A DNA stretch of 64,000 nt from Octopus vulgaris (Eukaryota). Position numbers and translations under genes: made by a program. The stretch lies in assembly GCA_951406725.2 (NCBI GenBank), contig OX597815.1:91078001-91142000 (forward strand). Direction: 5' to 3'. The notes below the pieces were generated by a model. It was not told the DNA's origin. It made no database searches and worked only from the letters and a program-made list of their open reading frames with translations. Positions 41,178 through 53,639 of the stretch are shown here, one piece after another (position 1 is the stretch's first letter; every line of letters begins with the position of its first letter).

Positions 41178-41391
41178 GGTTTCAAATTTTGACACAAGGC
41201 CAGCAATTTTGGGGGCGGGTTTAAGTTGATTATATCGACCCCAGTGCTTAACTGATAATTATTTCATCGACACCGAAAGGATGACACATGAAGCTGGCCT
41301 CGGTGGAATTTGAGCTCAGAACGTAAAGACCACGAAATGCTGATAAGCATTTTGCTTGGCGTCCTAACGGTTCTGCTAGCTCACCGCCTTA
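41178..41391 (-). mobile_element. Deu/Nin-like SINE, older full-length copy
   Basis: Reverse head GCTAGCTCACCGCC, core GAAAGGATG...GGAATTTGAGCTCAGAACG, alternative tail. Confidence 0.8.
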
Positions 41392-43689
41392 TGTACAACT
41401 TATATTTAGTTCATTATATCACCTTCATACAATTGCATCGTCAGAAACAAAGTGAACCATAGTATAGCTGATCTATATCCTTCCAGTATAAATTTGCATC
41501 GTGAGCCAGTGTAAGCAATTGTCATTTGATGGGAGGGTTGGGTGCACTGTACAGTATGTGACTTTGTGTTAATGATTCACACATGTATCTGTTAGTAGAT
41601 TAGTATTCATTGCTGACTATGAATTAAACTATCTTTTTAACTTGGTTAATAGTTGGTTAATAGTTTTCACGAGCAGTTTTATATTTATTCTGATTGTATG
41701 TACCCACTGAACTTCAAAGTAGAATAACCCTTGCAGAATAACACCAATCTTACACCTTATATAAAATATTTACTCTAAATAACTTTCCATTATTCGTTTA
41801 AGAAAACAGTTGAGAAGAAGAGCACTTCAGACAAAGAAGTAATTTCAAAGATAATAACATATGTAATCCAAATTTGATTTATAACCTTCAACGTATATCG
41901 CTAATCTCCTTAAGAGAGGCATGAATATCATACAATCTCGTTTTTGCAATTACAGTCGTACTTTTATGTCTAAATAAATCATCATCGCGTGTGCGAGTGG
42001 TTAAACGAATTAAGTGCCGAATTTATTACTTCGTGGTATTTAGTGCAGCACTTCAAATCCTGAGTTCAAATCCCGACTTTGTTTTCGTTTCAGTTAGAAT
42101 GATAAAGTAATTACTATTAGTGCATAAATTCCAATTCACTCAACGCATTTGTAGCTGTGTTAATATTAAAATTCGTTATTAAATTGGAGGAAATTGCAGT
42201 GGCAAAACGCGATGACACTACGAACGTAATTGCTTTACAGCATTTAACGTTGTACCTTAATGTTTTAGTTCAGACCTTGCTAATATTAACTTTATCTTTC
42301 TTTTCTCTATTTGTTATAGCGGAAACAAGTTATTAGGATGGTATCAAACAACAGGCCGCCTAATGTGGGTGTCTCTGATACTTTCTGGGTTCGACATGAT
42401 GGTATAATTCCTGAATGTAAGTAGCAAACAAAAGCGAGTTTCATTGGGACACTGCTAACTTCAGCTCTTCCTTTGAACTTAGTGGAATCAATGAGAAACC
42501 ATTCCAGGGTAATTATCCCTTCTATCTACATAAAGATGAAGATCATTTACTTAAATTTTCCTCAACAATACATCCGATTATTTTTTACTTATAACTGATC
42601 TGTAATATAACAGAGGCAAACATCTTATATCTATTTCAATGATTAATAAAGGCAAAAAGCACCCCTTTTCTAGTAATGGGTATGTAAGTGGCTTTCACAA
42701 GATACAATCCAAAGCCGCCCTTCAAAACTAGGGGTAACATATGTCTATATAAGAAACCTGTATGTATTTGAATATTTAAACATAAACAATACAGTGGGGA
42801 AATAGAAGGAACCTACATTCAATTTTATTTTAATAAAATAAGCACCAATGATGTATTGACCCGATTAAATATACTAAATATTTTTCCTGCAAATTGTAGC
42901 GTCGGCATTATATCAACAAATAAACATAGTGCTAATTTACAATAACTGTAGGTAATATACAAAGCGGACAAATTATAATATATTTAAAACATACAGCTTT
43001 TGCTTAAGGCTACATAATAATTATTGTCTGTCTGCAAGTTAAGTTCAACTTACACTTGAGATGACTAAGTCTGCTATTCCTTTGTACTCGATTCAAATAC
43101 AAACCATTTGTTCACAGGGATAAAAACAATCGACTATACATTTTCGACAACGAATTGCTGTCTTATAGCACTTGGATGAAGCATTATATATCTAAACAGA
43201 ATTTGAATATTTAATTGAAAGAAGATAAGTTCTGATTGAAGTTGATTCACTTCACTTATCGATGTTAATACCTTTGACGAAGGCATAAACATCATACAGT
43301 CTTATTCCTCTCTCCTATAAATCTTGCATCCTAAATAATTAATCAGTATTTATTTGAAGAGAATGATGATTGTGCCAAATAGTAAATATCTGCACTATAT
43401 ACTATTCGGCATATAATTTGATATCTGACTCTTTGAGAACAAATGTTACTAATGATGTGACCTTTTTTTTTCTTTTATCTAACACCTATGAACGGGATAA
43501 TAAAAAACACCAATGAGGAATATAAGTTTGGATGAGTGAGAAGATTCAATGAACATGAAATTCCGTTACCATAAAAAGTTTTTTTCCAAAGCAAGAATTA
43601 TATCCATTTTGTTTTTAAGATACATTTATATTTGTATGGTTTTCATTTTAATTTCTGTAACTTCTAGGAAAACCAATGAGGGTGAGTAA

Positions 43690-44020
43690 ATGACAGTCCA
43701 CTAGAATTGGCAGCAACCTCATCTCAGACACTGCGTTCTTAAACACCGAGGGACACGTATGATAGTGTAGTCCAAAATGCACTGTGTTTGAATAAAAACA
43801 AAACGAGATGATCATTGTTCGAACGCCTTCCATCATAGGCTAAGAATTTCAGAGGACTGACGCTCTAGAAAAAGAACTGCTTTGTGTGGTGCCTGGACTG
43901 TCGATACAGTAATCGGGAATACCTGAGGGGAGAGAGATGGCACACAACCAATTATAGGGATAGAAATACCTATAATAGCAACAGAAAAACCAGAGTGGAG
44001 AAAGTATGTTCGTCTAACTC
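43690..44020 (+). mobile_element. Decayed RTE-like LINE 3' end
   Basis: TLEKELLCVVPG...IPEGERW (cf. LEK..L.G.V.G...RGRP..RW); a diverged sister copy lies at 45541-45700. Confidence 0.5.
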
Positions 44021-44078
44021 TGACTGGTAGGTAGGTAGGTATGGAGGTAGGTAGGTAGCTAGCTAGCTAGCTAGTTAG

Positions 44079-44179
<101 letters not shown>

Positions 44180-44182
44180 TAT

Positions 44183-44271
<89 letters not shown>

Positions 44272-45176
44272 AAAGAGAAAAGGAAAGAGAAGTACACACA
44301 TATACTGTCTGTTTAGAAGAGATCTAGTTGTCTATGTAGATGTACTGTTGTTTTTAGCATATATTTTTTCAGTGTAGCGAAAGATATAGAATGAGAAGGA
44401 AAGGGCAGAAAAGACAAACATATAGAAAGAAATGAAGATAGAGAGATGGGAATTTTTTTTTTAAATTGAAAGCTAATTTAGGGATAAAAAACTTTTAGAG
44501 TGGTAGATATATAGAATGGACAAAGCTAGAAAGGAAGTATGATAGAAACAGACATGTGAATAACTATATGATAGATTGATATATATACATAGATAGATGG
44601 GGCTGATACACACATACATTGTCTGTTTATAAGACGACTAGTTATTCATAAGTTTGTTAGTGTAGTTTTTGCAATATTGATGGAGCTGTAAGATAATGAG
44701 GAAAAAGAACAGAAACTAGGTAAATAGAGATGAAAAAGAGCAGAAAATATAGAAATATAAAGAGAAAGAAAAAGAAAGAAAAGCAAAAAATTGAAAGTTG
44801 GAGAGAAGGAAAGAGTAAGAGAGGGAGGGAGAGAGAGGGGCGTATTTTAAAAGGTGAGTGGGAGGAAGAGATGAAAAGTTTGAGAAAAGAAGTGAGAAAT
44901 GGAGGAAATAGTCACAGAGATGTTGGTTATTTACTAGTCAAAACAAGCTTAACTGTCTAATGCAAAATTTTAATTGATGTGATTATGAGAATGTAGGAAT
45001 TAGAAAGTAAAATTCAACTGTCAAACAGTTTCTTGGTAATCATAAATCTTATTAAATAGATTATTTCATAAATTAGACGCTCGTAAAATTGTGTATGGCC
45101 TGCAGCTGGCAAAGTCGAGAGATTGGAGAACAAATTAAAGTTTTTTCAGCATTTATTCTGTCTCTGGTTCAGTCTT

Positions 45177-45230
<54 letters not shown>

Positions 45231-45540
45231 CAGTCAAGAAGGAAACAAACCAGTGTTGTATACACAGTTCGCATTTCTATAGGTCTTGTATTATTGTAAC
45301 TTTATACCGGCTGTATTGGCTTCAATCAATCGGGTACTGAGTAGTTAGTAGGGTTTTGAGCATTCGTATCCTGACTCCAGCACAACACCGTGTCCAAGAC
45401 ATTTTCTTGTTGGTTAATTCTGAAAGAAAGGGTAGTAGTCTTCAAAACCGGTGAGATCGATGCAGTTAACATTATTCCAGAACAGTTACAAATCGATGTT
45501 TGCAAGAAAGATAAGGATAGAATGAGAATTTCAAAGGGAT

Positions 45541-45700
45541 AACGCTCTGGAAGAAAAAAAACTGGTTTGTATGGAGTCTAGAAACCAGTGAGTCACGAGT
45601 ACCTAAGTGGTGAGAGGTGACACACGACTAGTCAGCTCCAGGAAATAGAGATCCCTATAATACCAACAGAATAAGCAGATTGGAGAAAGTACGTCCGTCG
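45541..45700 (+). mobile_element. Decayed RTE-like LINE 3' end (sister of 43860-44015)
   Basis: Colinear similarity: ACGCTCT.GAA...TACCT.AG...GAGA...ACAC...CCTATAATA.CAACAGAA...TGGAGAAAGTA.GT.CGTC. Confidence 0.5.
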
Positions 45701-48250
45701 GTACGTACTTCCAGGGACAGAGATGTTTTTGTTTCACAGGGTCTGATGGCTCACTACTACAAGAAGTGGCTTTAATGTAAAACGAAGAAATTCCTTCTTA
45801 GCTCATAGTAATAAAGAAAAGCTAACGTTCAAACTCTGCTTTCAATTCTATTATCACCATTCTACTATAATTTTGAAAGTAATACCGTTCCATGACATTA
45901 TACTCTGAGACTGCACTCAGAAACAATACCATAAAACTATACAATTGTATTCAACTATGGGCATGGAAAAATAGACATAGATATAACAATATTATTTAAA
46001 AGAAAATCAATAGAAACTTTGGCAATTCGATTATTGTCAAACGAGGAATTGGTCTGATTATGTCATCCTCAATATTTATTTCAATATTTTTCAACAAGAT
46101 AAGGAGCCTTCAATATGTAAATGACATGATGTCTGTGGTAAAATCCATACATAAATAAACCGATTAAATCAAATGAACTTTTACATCTTGTAAATTTTCG
46201 CCGAAACTTAATGGTTAAAGTTTTAACACTCACAGAAAGACAGTATAGTATGTTTTTATTGACTGCCTTAAGATATATGCCTGTGATATATCTTATATTA
46301 TGGAATGACTTCACTTCGATACTATTTCTTCTCATCGTCTGATTAGCATTACAGTAATAGTTTTTTTGCGTATGCGAGTGTATATGAGCATATGTTTTCC
46401 TGACGAACGTATGAAAAATGAGGTTAGCTCTCAGCATAAGATTCCAGAGTTTGTTATGGAATCCTAATTATTCCATGAAGCCAAATAACTTCTGTTATTC
46501 AGCGACGATCTATGAGAATAACATAGTCACTCTTATAAATCATACATTTTGTGTAAGAAGTCATTGTGTATGTTGACATAAGATTCGAGACTTAAACAAA
46601 TAGTATTTAAGAAAAGCGTGTTTTATAAGCGAAACTAGGTTATATCTTTGAGCCGTTCGAGAGACATGAACGTTTATTCAATGTAAATTACAACTAATAC
46701 CTGAAATTACATGTAGAAGTAGTAGTAACATTGAATGTGAAGGCTACAATGCTATCGTACGAATTACAAAACGTTTTCCCATCATATCATATTCAAGCAA
46801 CCACGAAGCATGTCTATACATCAAACTAACTGAAACAGTTGTAAATACAAGTCCCATACTAGTTATTCAGTCATTTGAGCAATAAATGCAATCTACTGGG
46901 TAATAAACTCCAATAAATCCAATTTCTATTCCCGAAACCGATAGTAATTTTTGGTAAGGTAATATAAAATGAAGTGTTCTTCTCTAAAGCACATAGGATT
47001 AACTACAGCAGATTTGAACTAATGATCTACAAGCACATCATCTAGTATCTTACAATTTTGAACATCCCACATTTGTTATGCTTTTATCATTACAATTATG
47101 TGTGATGTGTATGTGTGTGTGTGCTATCTGAATATGGAAGTGATGTGTGCACATGTGCGCGCGTTAGTCCAGTATATATGTGCATAGGTATAGATATAAG
47201 TATCTATATGTATAAATATTTATGTACACGTGTGTACATATTTCAGTTTTGCAGTGGGGAAGGGGTATGTCACATATATCTGAACAACATACTAAATACT
47301 TTTACGCTAATTTCATGTACTGTTTCGTTGTTCAAATCCTTAGATGTACAAAAATTGTAAGCCATCTGTGTTTTAAAATATTTCAGTCTTTCATTTTTGT
47401 TTATATATTGTACAAAATACAATTCCCTTGTATATTTACGAAACTTGCTATGAATATAAATGTTTTGTTTAAATTAAATTAACTTTTTTAAAATAAATTG
47501 CAGCTGCTTTAAAATTGATAAATTAAACTATCTAGTAATTATGGAACGTTTGACTACAAAACAAACTAATGTTATTTATATTCACCAGTGGCTGCGTGCA
47601 TTTTAGTGAGACATTAAATTATCAGCAGCCACAGTTAAAAATTGTAAATCTGACGAGAAATGAAGTACATAATTTTTGGAAGATGAACGTAGTATTGAAT
47701 GTCTTTTAACAACTATCAATGGTGGAATTAAAATTCTAAAAAAAAATCTCGTGCTCGAATATGAAAGAATGTTTAATAAACGCACGGTTGGATTATTTTT
47801 TTTTTCCTACGTTATAATCTGTATAGAGCAACTTTCATTGTCACCTGGTATGCAAAACATTAATAGCAGTTGGATGGCGGAAAGTTTAACCTGAAAACAT
47901 ACGAATGTTCGAATAGCTTCTGTCCAATAAGTTTTGGGACTTGTTAATATAGAAAAGAATCTTTACATATACCATAGATTCATTGTTATAATGCCGAGAA
48001 AACTAATGAGTCTAAAAAGCGGAGATGTTCTTGAAGCCGAAGGGAAAGGAATGATCAGAGACAAAGAATTTTCGCAAACAATCATAATGACAGTGTTTAG
48101 TTATCATGAAAAAAGTATGTCTATAGACTTCATAGCCAGAGGATAAAGTATTATTGGTTCTTTTAATGCTAAGTTGATGTTTCGTTTATATCAAGAATTA
48201 AAGAAGAAAACAAAGTTTGCTAATAATTCTTGTCCTGAAATGACTTCAAA

Positions 48251-48832
48251 TATTGGTTTCAAATTTTGGCACAAGGCCAGCAATTTCGAGGAAAGCTGGT
48301 AAGACCATATAATCGACTCCAGTATTTGACTGGTACTTATTTTATCGACCCCAGAAGGATGAAAAGTAAAGCCAAGCCCGGCGAAATTTGAACTCAGAAG
48401 GTAAAGATGGACGAAATACCTATTTCTTTACTACTCACAAGGGGCTACACACAGAGGGGACGAACAAGGACAGACAAATGGATTAATTAGATTATATCGA
48501 CCTCAGTGCGTAACTGGTACTTATTTAATCGACCCCGAAAGGATGAAAGGCAAAGTCGACCTCGGTGGAATTTGAAATCAGAACGTAACGGCAGACGAAC
48601 TACCTATTTCTTTACTACCCACAAGGGGCTACACACAGAGGGGACGAACATGGACAGACAAACGGATTAAGTCGATTATATCGACCCCAGTAACTGGTAC
48701 TTATTTATCGACTCCGAAAGGATGAAAAGCAAAGTCGACCTCGGCGGAATTTGAACTCAGAACGCAGCGGCTGACGAAATACCACTATGTATTTTGTCCG
48801 GCGTGCTAACGTTTCTGCCATCACGCTGCCTT
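48251..48832 (-). mobile_element. Three-unit Deu/Nin-like SINE array
   Basis: Junctions GACGAAATACCTATTTCTTTA (near 48420) and GACGAACTACCTATTTCTTTA (near 48604); diverged head and diverged last unit with a different tail. Confidence 0.9.
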
Positions 48833-49302
48833 AATTGTTGTTAAATACTGAGATAAGTTCGGGTTATTTCACTTGGCGTTAAAGGAGAGGCAATCACAAT
48901 TCTTTCACGCCTTTGAAGCTGTGACCATTTCTTATTTTGTCTTGAACTGTATTTAATGTGTTCGGGACATAATTCAGGGAAATGTTCTTACATAAAGCTG
49001 ATGGAATTTCTCTCAAAATTACTATTATTACAAGTAAATTCGGCGAAATGAGATATTATTTTAAATTTAGATTTAGTTTTGCCATACAAAATGAGTTATT
49101 AGCCAATATTCAACTGGAATAAATAACAATTGTATTATAGAAGATTTGTATACATTATTGCATTTTCATTTGAATTTGAGTGCAAATAAAACAGGTTCAC
49201 ATAAACATAAAGCAGCACGAAATAACGAAATTTATTATCGTTTGAAGGAAACTACAAAATAAAATGAATTCACATGTACATAAAAAATAAGGAAAAGGAG
49301 GA

Positions 49303-49507
49303 CGCCATCGGTTACGACGACGAAGGTTCCAGCTGATACGATCAACGGAGCAGCTTGCTCGTGAAATTAACGTGCAAGCGGCTGAGCACTCCACAGACAC
49401 GTGTACCCTTAAGGTAGTTCTCAGGGAGATTCAGTGTGAATCTTGGAATCGAACTCGAAATCTTGGGGTTAGTAGCTCGCGCTCTTAACCACTACGCTAT
49501 ATGCCCC
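49303..49507 (-). mobile_element. tRNA-derived SINE (CORE-type family, internally deleted)
   Basis: Minus strand GGGCATATAGCGTAGTGGTTAAGAGCGCG (A box)...GAGTTCGATTCC (B box); 3' part shared with 50183-50385. Confidence 0.8.
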
Positions 49508-49952
49508 GATGGTGTTTAATCAGAGGTTACGGCTGGATAAGAATTAACTCTGTAATGCGATCATTCTACTGTTCGAGTCCCAAGTTGAATTCCAACTGTT
49601 GGACGATTTGTCCCAAAGTTCTTATCTCGACGTAAAATTAACGAAGTAAATGTCTCCCCTTTGGTCTCTGACGACATCTGATAAACGCCAACTTAGATAT
49701 CGTAAATCAACCAAGATTTACCTACTAGGAATAGCAACCCAAATGCTTTTAAATCAATCCCAATGCTGGATGTTCAAGAAGCAAATGATTCCAAAAAGGT
49801 ATATGTCTATGTAGACTGCGATACAGCGGTCCCAGACAGACAGACAGCGTTTTGCCTTTATTGATATAGATATTATATTATGTTATATTTCAGTGTAAAC
49901 TCTCAAGCGATATTTCCTGCAGCCAACAATAACATAATTATACAATATTATA

Positions 49953-50075
49953 TACGGTAGAACCTCGGTTTACGAACGCCTCTCATCACGAACAAATAGG
50001 ATTACGAACAAGTTTTCGAGTGATGTACAGTGTCTCAAGTAACGAACATGCAAGCCGACAACAACGGTTGGTGAT
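49953..50075 (+). mobile_element. pogo/Tigger-like DNA transposon terminus
   Basis: TA followed by CGGTAGAACCTCGGTTTACGAAC, with repeated ACGAAC subterminal motifs; no partner end found. Confidence 0.6.
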
Positions 50076-50182
50076 AAGTCAGAAGTATCAGCAGGAGAGC
50101 GTAATTTGCTGTCTATATATTTGTGTGTGCGCGTGTGCGTATGTGCGCGCGTGCTTGCGTGTGCATGCACGTTCACATAACT

Positions 50183-50385
50183 GGCCACTCTGTCGGTTAC
50201 GACGACGAGTGTTCCTGTGTGAATCGATCAACGGAACAGCCTGTTCGTGAAATTACCGTGCAAGTGGCTGAGCTCTTCACAGAGAATCAGCGTGGCACAC
50301 CGAATGTGAGAAAGTTGGCCCATTCAACAACAGGTACAACACATTTTTGCCTGCTGAGTCAACTAGAGCAACAGAGAAGCGAGAG
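50183..50385 (-). mobile_element. SINE 3' portion (CORE-type family)
   Basis: Shares TCGGTTACGACGACGA...GATCAACGGA...CGTGAAATTA.CGTGCAAG.GGCTGAGC with the 49303 copy; CORE-like CATTTTTGCCTGCTGAGTCAACTAGAGCAAC. Confidence 0.7.
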
Positions 50386-50541
50386 AGAAAATATGTTATT
50401 AAAACGTCATTAAGACGTCAGAAAATGCATTTGCTCCGTCAGTTTACACTCAGTATTAAAATATCCCCTGTCCGCTTTGCCTTTCATCCCTTTGAGTCGT
50501 TAGAATAAAGTGTTAGTAAAGTATTGAGGTAAATGATAAGA

Positions 50542-50773
50542 AGGCGGCGAGCTGGCAGAAACGTTAGCACGCCGGGCGAAATGCTCAGTGGTATTTCGTC
50601 TGCCGCTACGTTCTGAGTTCAAATTCCGCCGAGGTCGACTTTGCCTTTCATCCTTTCGGAGTCGATTAAATAAGTACCAGTTACACACTGGGGTCGATAT
50701 AATCGACTTAATCCGTTTGTCTGTCCTTGTTTGTCCTCTGTGTGTTTAGCCCCTTGTGGGTAATAAAGAAATA
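50542..50773 (+). mobile_element. Young full-length Deu/Nin-like SINE with 12-bp TSD, nested in an older copy
   Basis: Complete head-core-tail; AGGTAAATGATA at 50527-50538 and 50773-50784; old core upstream (GCTTTGCCTTTCATCCC) and old tail downstream. Confidence 0.92.
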
Positions 50774-51049
50774 GGTAAATGATATTGACTACTCTCCCTC
50801 TCCTCAAAAATTTACGCCCTTGTGCCTAAATTAGAAACCAGCATTATTATTACTATTCCACCTAAGACCTGATAATTCAATTCATTTGTACAAGGCCTTT
50901 CATACTTTCAGTTGAGAATCGTATTCGTAAGATGTATTTGTGTATATGTATGTATGGGAGGGGTATATGTGCAGATGGGTGAATGTGTGTGAATGTTGCT
51001 ATGTTAAAAACTAATTCCAAAAAGCACTCTGACAAAGCCGTCCTGACTA

Positions 51050-51900
51050 AAGGCGAAATTTCTGGAAATACTTCTTCACAACAAAGAAATTTAAGATGAA
51101 CGAAACGAATACAAGTATCAATAAAGAAAAGACTAATATCAACTTGAAAAAGTAATAAAATTTCAAAAGATGGATTGGGTATATTAAAAGCATAATTCAG
51201 GATGAAAGAAATGTCAAATTCCAAATCACAAAGAATTTGAAAGGACTTCTCATCTTAGAAGAAGTGATTGGGAATGCATTGAAATGCATTAAGATAGATA
51301 AAAGCTCTAACAGCACTGTAATAGGCTCCTTAAAATTTCTAAATGCCCATGGCAGATCAAGTATTGAATTAATACCTAAATTGTTTAATAAGATATGTGA
51401 CAGAGATAAAACACCTGAAGAATTCTTGGATTTTATTTTCATATCAATACCTTTAGAAGTTAGATGTTATTTTGAGTGTGGGTTTCGCAAAAGAAATTGC
51501 TTTATGAACCGTATAATCAAACTTCTACCTTAAAGTCATCACGAGGGAAAACAACAGATTTTATACAAAGAAAGAAATATTGGAGAACAATGAGATTGTA
51601 ATGGAAATGTAAAGCACAAACAAAACTCTTAGCTCATCAACAACAGTGAGTGAACGAGGATTAGAAGAAAGGAAGAACATTTACAATTTATGGACTACAC
51701 AAAACACTTCAATAAAGTTCATACATGAAAATGTCATGGAGCTTTTCACAAATATAGAAATAAATGGAATCCATTTCAGATTCATGAAGAACAAGCGCTA
51801 CAAACAACACTACAATGCCTCGCGATGAGGGTTATCAATGAATTCGGTGCGTTTTGGAAGACCAAAGAAAAAAATACTTTCTTTCACATGGCTTTCAACC
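51050..51900 (+). mobile_element. Decayed RTE-clade LINE RT N-terminal region
   Basis: ILEEVIGNALKCIKIDKS...ELIPKLFNKICDRDKTPEEFLDFIFISIP...ECGFRKRNCFMNRIIKLL. Confidence 0.7.
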
Positions 51901-52201
51901 TTGAGTAACCATCAACAGAAGTAATTTGGCGAGTGTTCATTCGAGCCAGCATAGAAGCCTCTAGTGGTCGCACGACCTGCTAGAAACAACAGCCAAATCT
52001 CTCTCAAATCAACGTCTTTAAAAGGAAGAATAAACTTGTGCTGTTATATGCATAACTGGAAGTATTGGTAATTGTAGTTCTTCGACTAATGTCAATTTAA
52101 ACGTGATATTCGTAGTTTTTATTATCCTGAAAAGATGTCTGCTGGATTTCGATAAACCGGAATTTGATTACCAAATATATGCAGGGGAAAATCAGGCAGT
52201 T

Positions 52202-52341
52202 CAAAGGCGAAACGTGGAGTGTGCAGGGTGTGCGAATTGCACAGAGTGTCCCCTTTTTAGGCATATGTTTGTTGTCATATTTAAGGAGAACAGCCAATTT
52301 GGCTACCGCACTGGGCGTTCAAAAACTATGCTACGCCACTG
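52202..52341. mobile_element. hAT-type MITE, 140 bp
   Basis: Ends CAAAGGCGAAAC and GCTACGCCACTG (reverse complement CAGTGGCGTAGC); 8-bp flanks AGGCAGTT and ACGCAGAT match at 6 of 8. Confidence 0.65.
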
Positions 52342-53639
52342 ACGCAGATCGAGATTCAGATATAAGGCAAAATGTCAACAAGCTCGGGCAAACCAATATC
52401 ACTCATATTTGTTGTCATATCAGCTTTGACGGATGTTCATGTAGTAAATGATGCACTAACAACTACCTAATAGCTGTCTTCTAACTAAATGAAGGGAAGG
52501 GTACACGAAGAGAAGAAACAGTTCAACGATGTATTTAAAAAAACAAAGTGGGATATCGATGTAAAGTTAACTAAACAGATTTTAATAGGACATCAATGCA
52601 ATTAAAAAGCAAAGTAAGGCATCGATGTATAAGAGCCGATCTCTGGTGAATAATGGATACAAATTGACAGAGATCATCTTTGATAAAACCTTGTGTTGTT
52701 ACAAGAGGAAGCAATGTTTCACTGATAAACTTGGGCATATAAATTAGCGCGAAGTGACCAATACAATATCTCCTCCCCTATGAGACTTTGTATATGTGGT
52801 CTGCAACCAGACTTTCGAATTCTATATTGGACTACATCAGGTTCGTGACTCAAACTTGGATAGCAAAGATTTTTCAATGGGTCACTGAGCAATTTTTGAA
52901 TGTTTAAGTTTTTTCGTTGCTGTTATACATCACTACTTTCATTCTAGAATTAATCACCAAAAATGTTTTATTGTTTTTGTTTATCCCCAAAAATGGAAGA
53001 TGAATTTACTGTTAAAGATTCATCAAACTATAAACTTTTTGAACGTTTAGAATAGTTACAAAAAGGGGTTAAGCTGACCTTTCTTTTATGTTCAAACGAT
53101 AAAATATATGCATTATAATGGAGAGTTTTTGTTGTTTTCTTTCATTTTGTTTTTTCATGAATAAGAGTTTGCTTTCTTTAAATTCATGTATTTACGAAAT
53201 TATGAAAAATTGCTTTTATTGGGAAAAAAAGGAAGAAAGTACAAAAGTTTTGCTGTTTGTTTGTTTTATTCTCTGATGAAGTCATTGATTCCGCGGCTCC
53301 GAGTAAATATATATGGCTGCTTTTCTCTAGAATATTTTTGTAAGGATTCGCCTTATTCATGCAATATTAGTGAAACCTTCTTAGTAAACTTGAAGTCGAA
53401 ATTTGTGATGAAAGGAACTATGTAGTTTTGTCATCTATTTTGGGAAATGCATTATTACTTTATATTTGCTTTATTTAAATTAATTATTCTAATCATGCTA
53501 CTTAATAATAATTATATTATCATATGAAGCTGTTAACTGATATATCCATATTGTTAAAACGGCACTGCAAAGACATTTTTTTTATCTAACTAGGCTTTAC
53601 ATTTATTACAACGAATATAATGATTTAACCATAATGTTT

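Noticed and set aside
49440-49507. tRNA gene
   Set aside because: A and B boxes are present, but no acceptor stem closes and it continues into a SINE body.
52103-52342. Cys-rich ORF (CAGCANCTECP) resembling a metal-binding motif
   Set aside because: It overlaps the hAT MITE and is best explained as a chance translation.
53265-53305. CTGATGA with a short hairpin
   Set aside because: No GAAA box after the stem.
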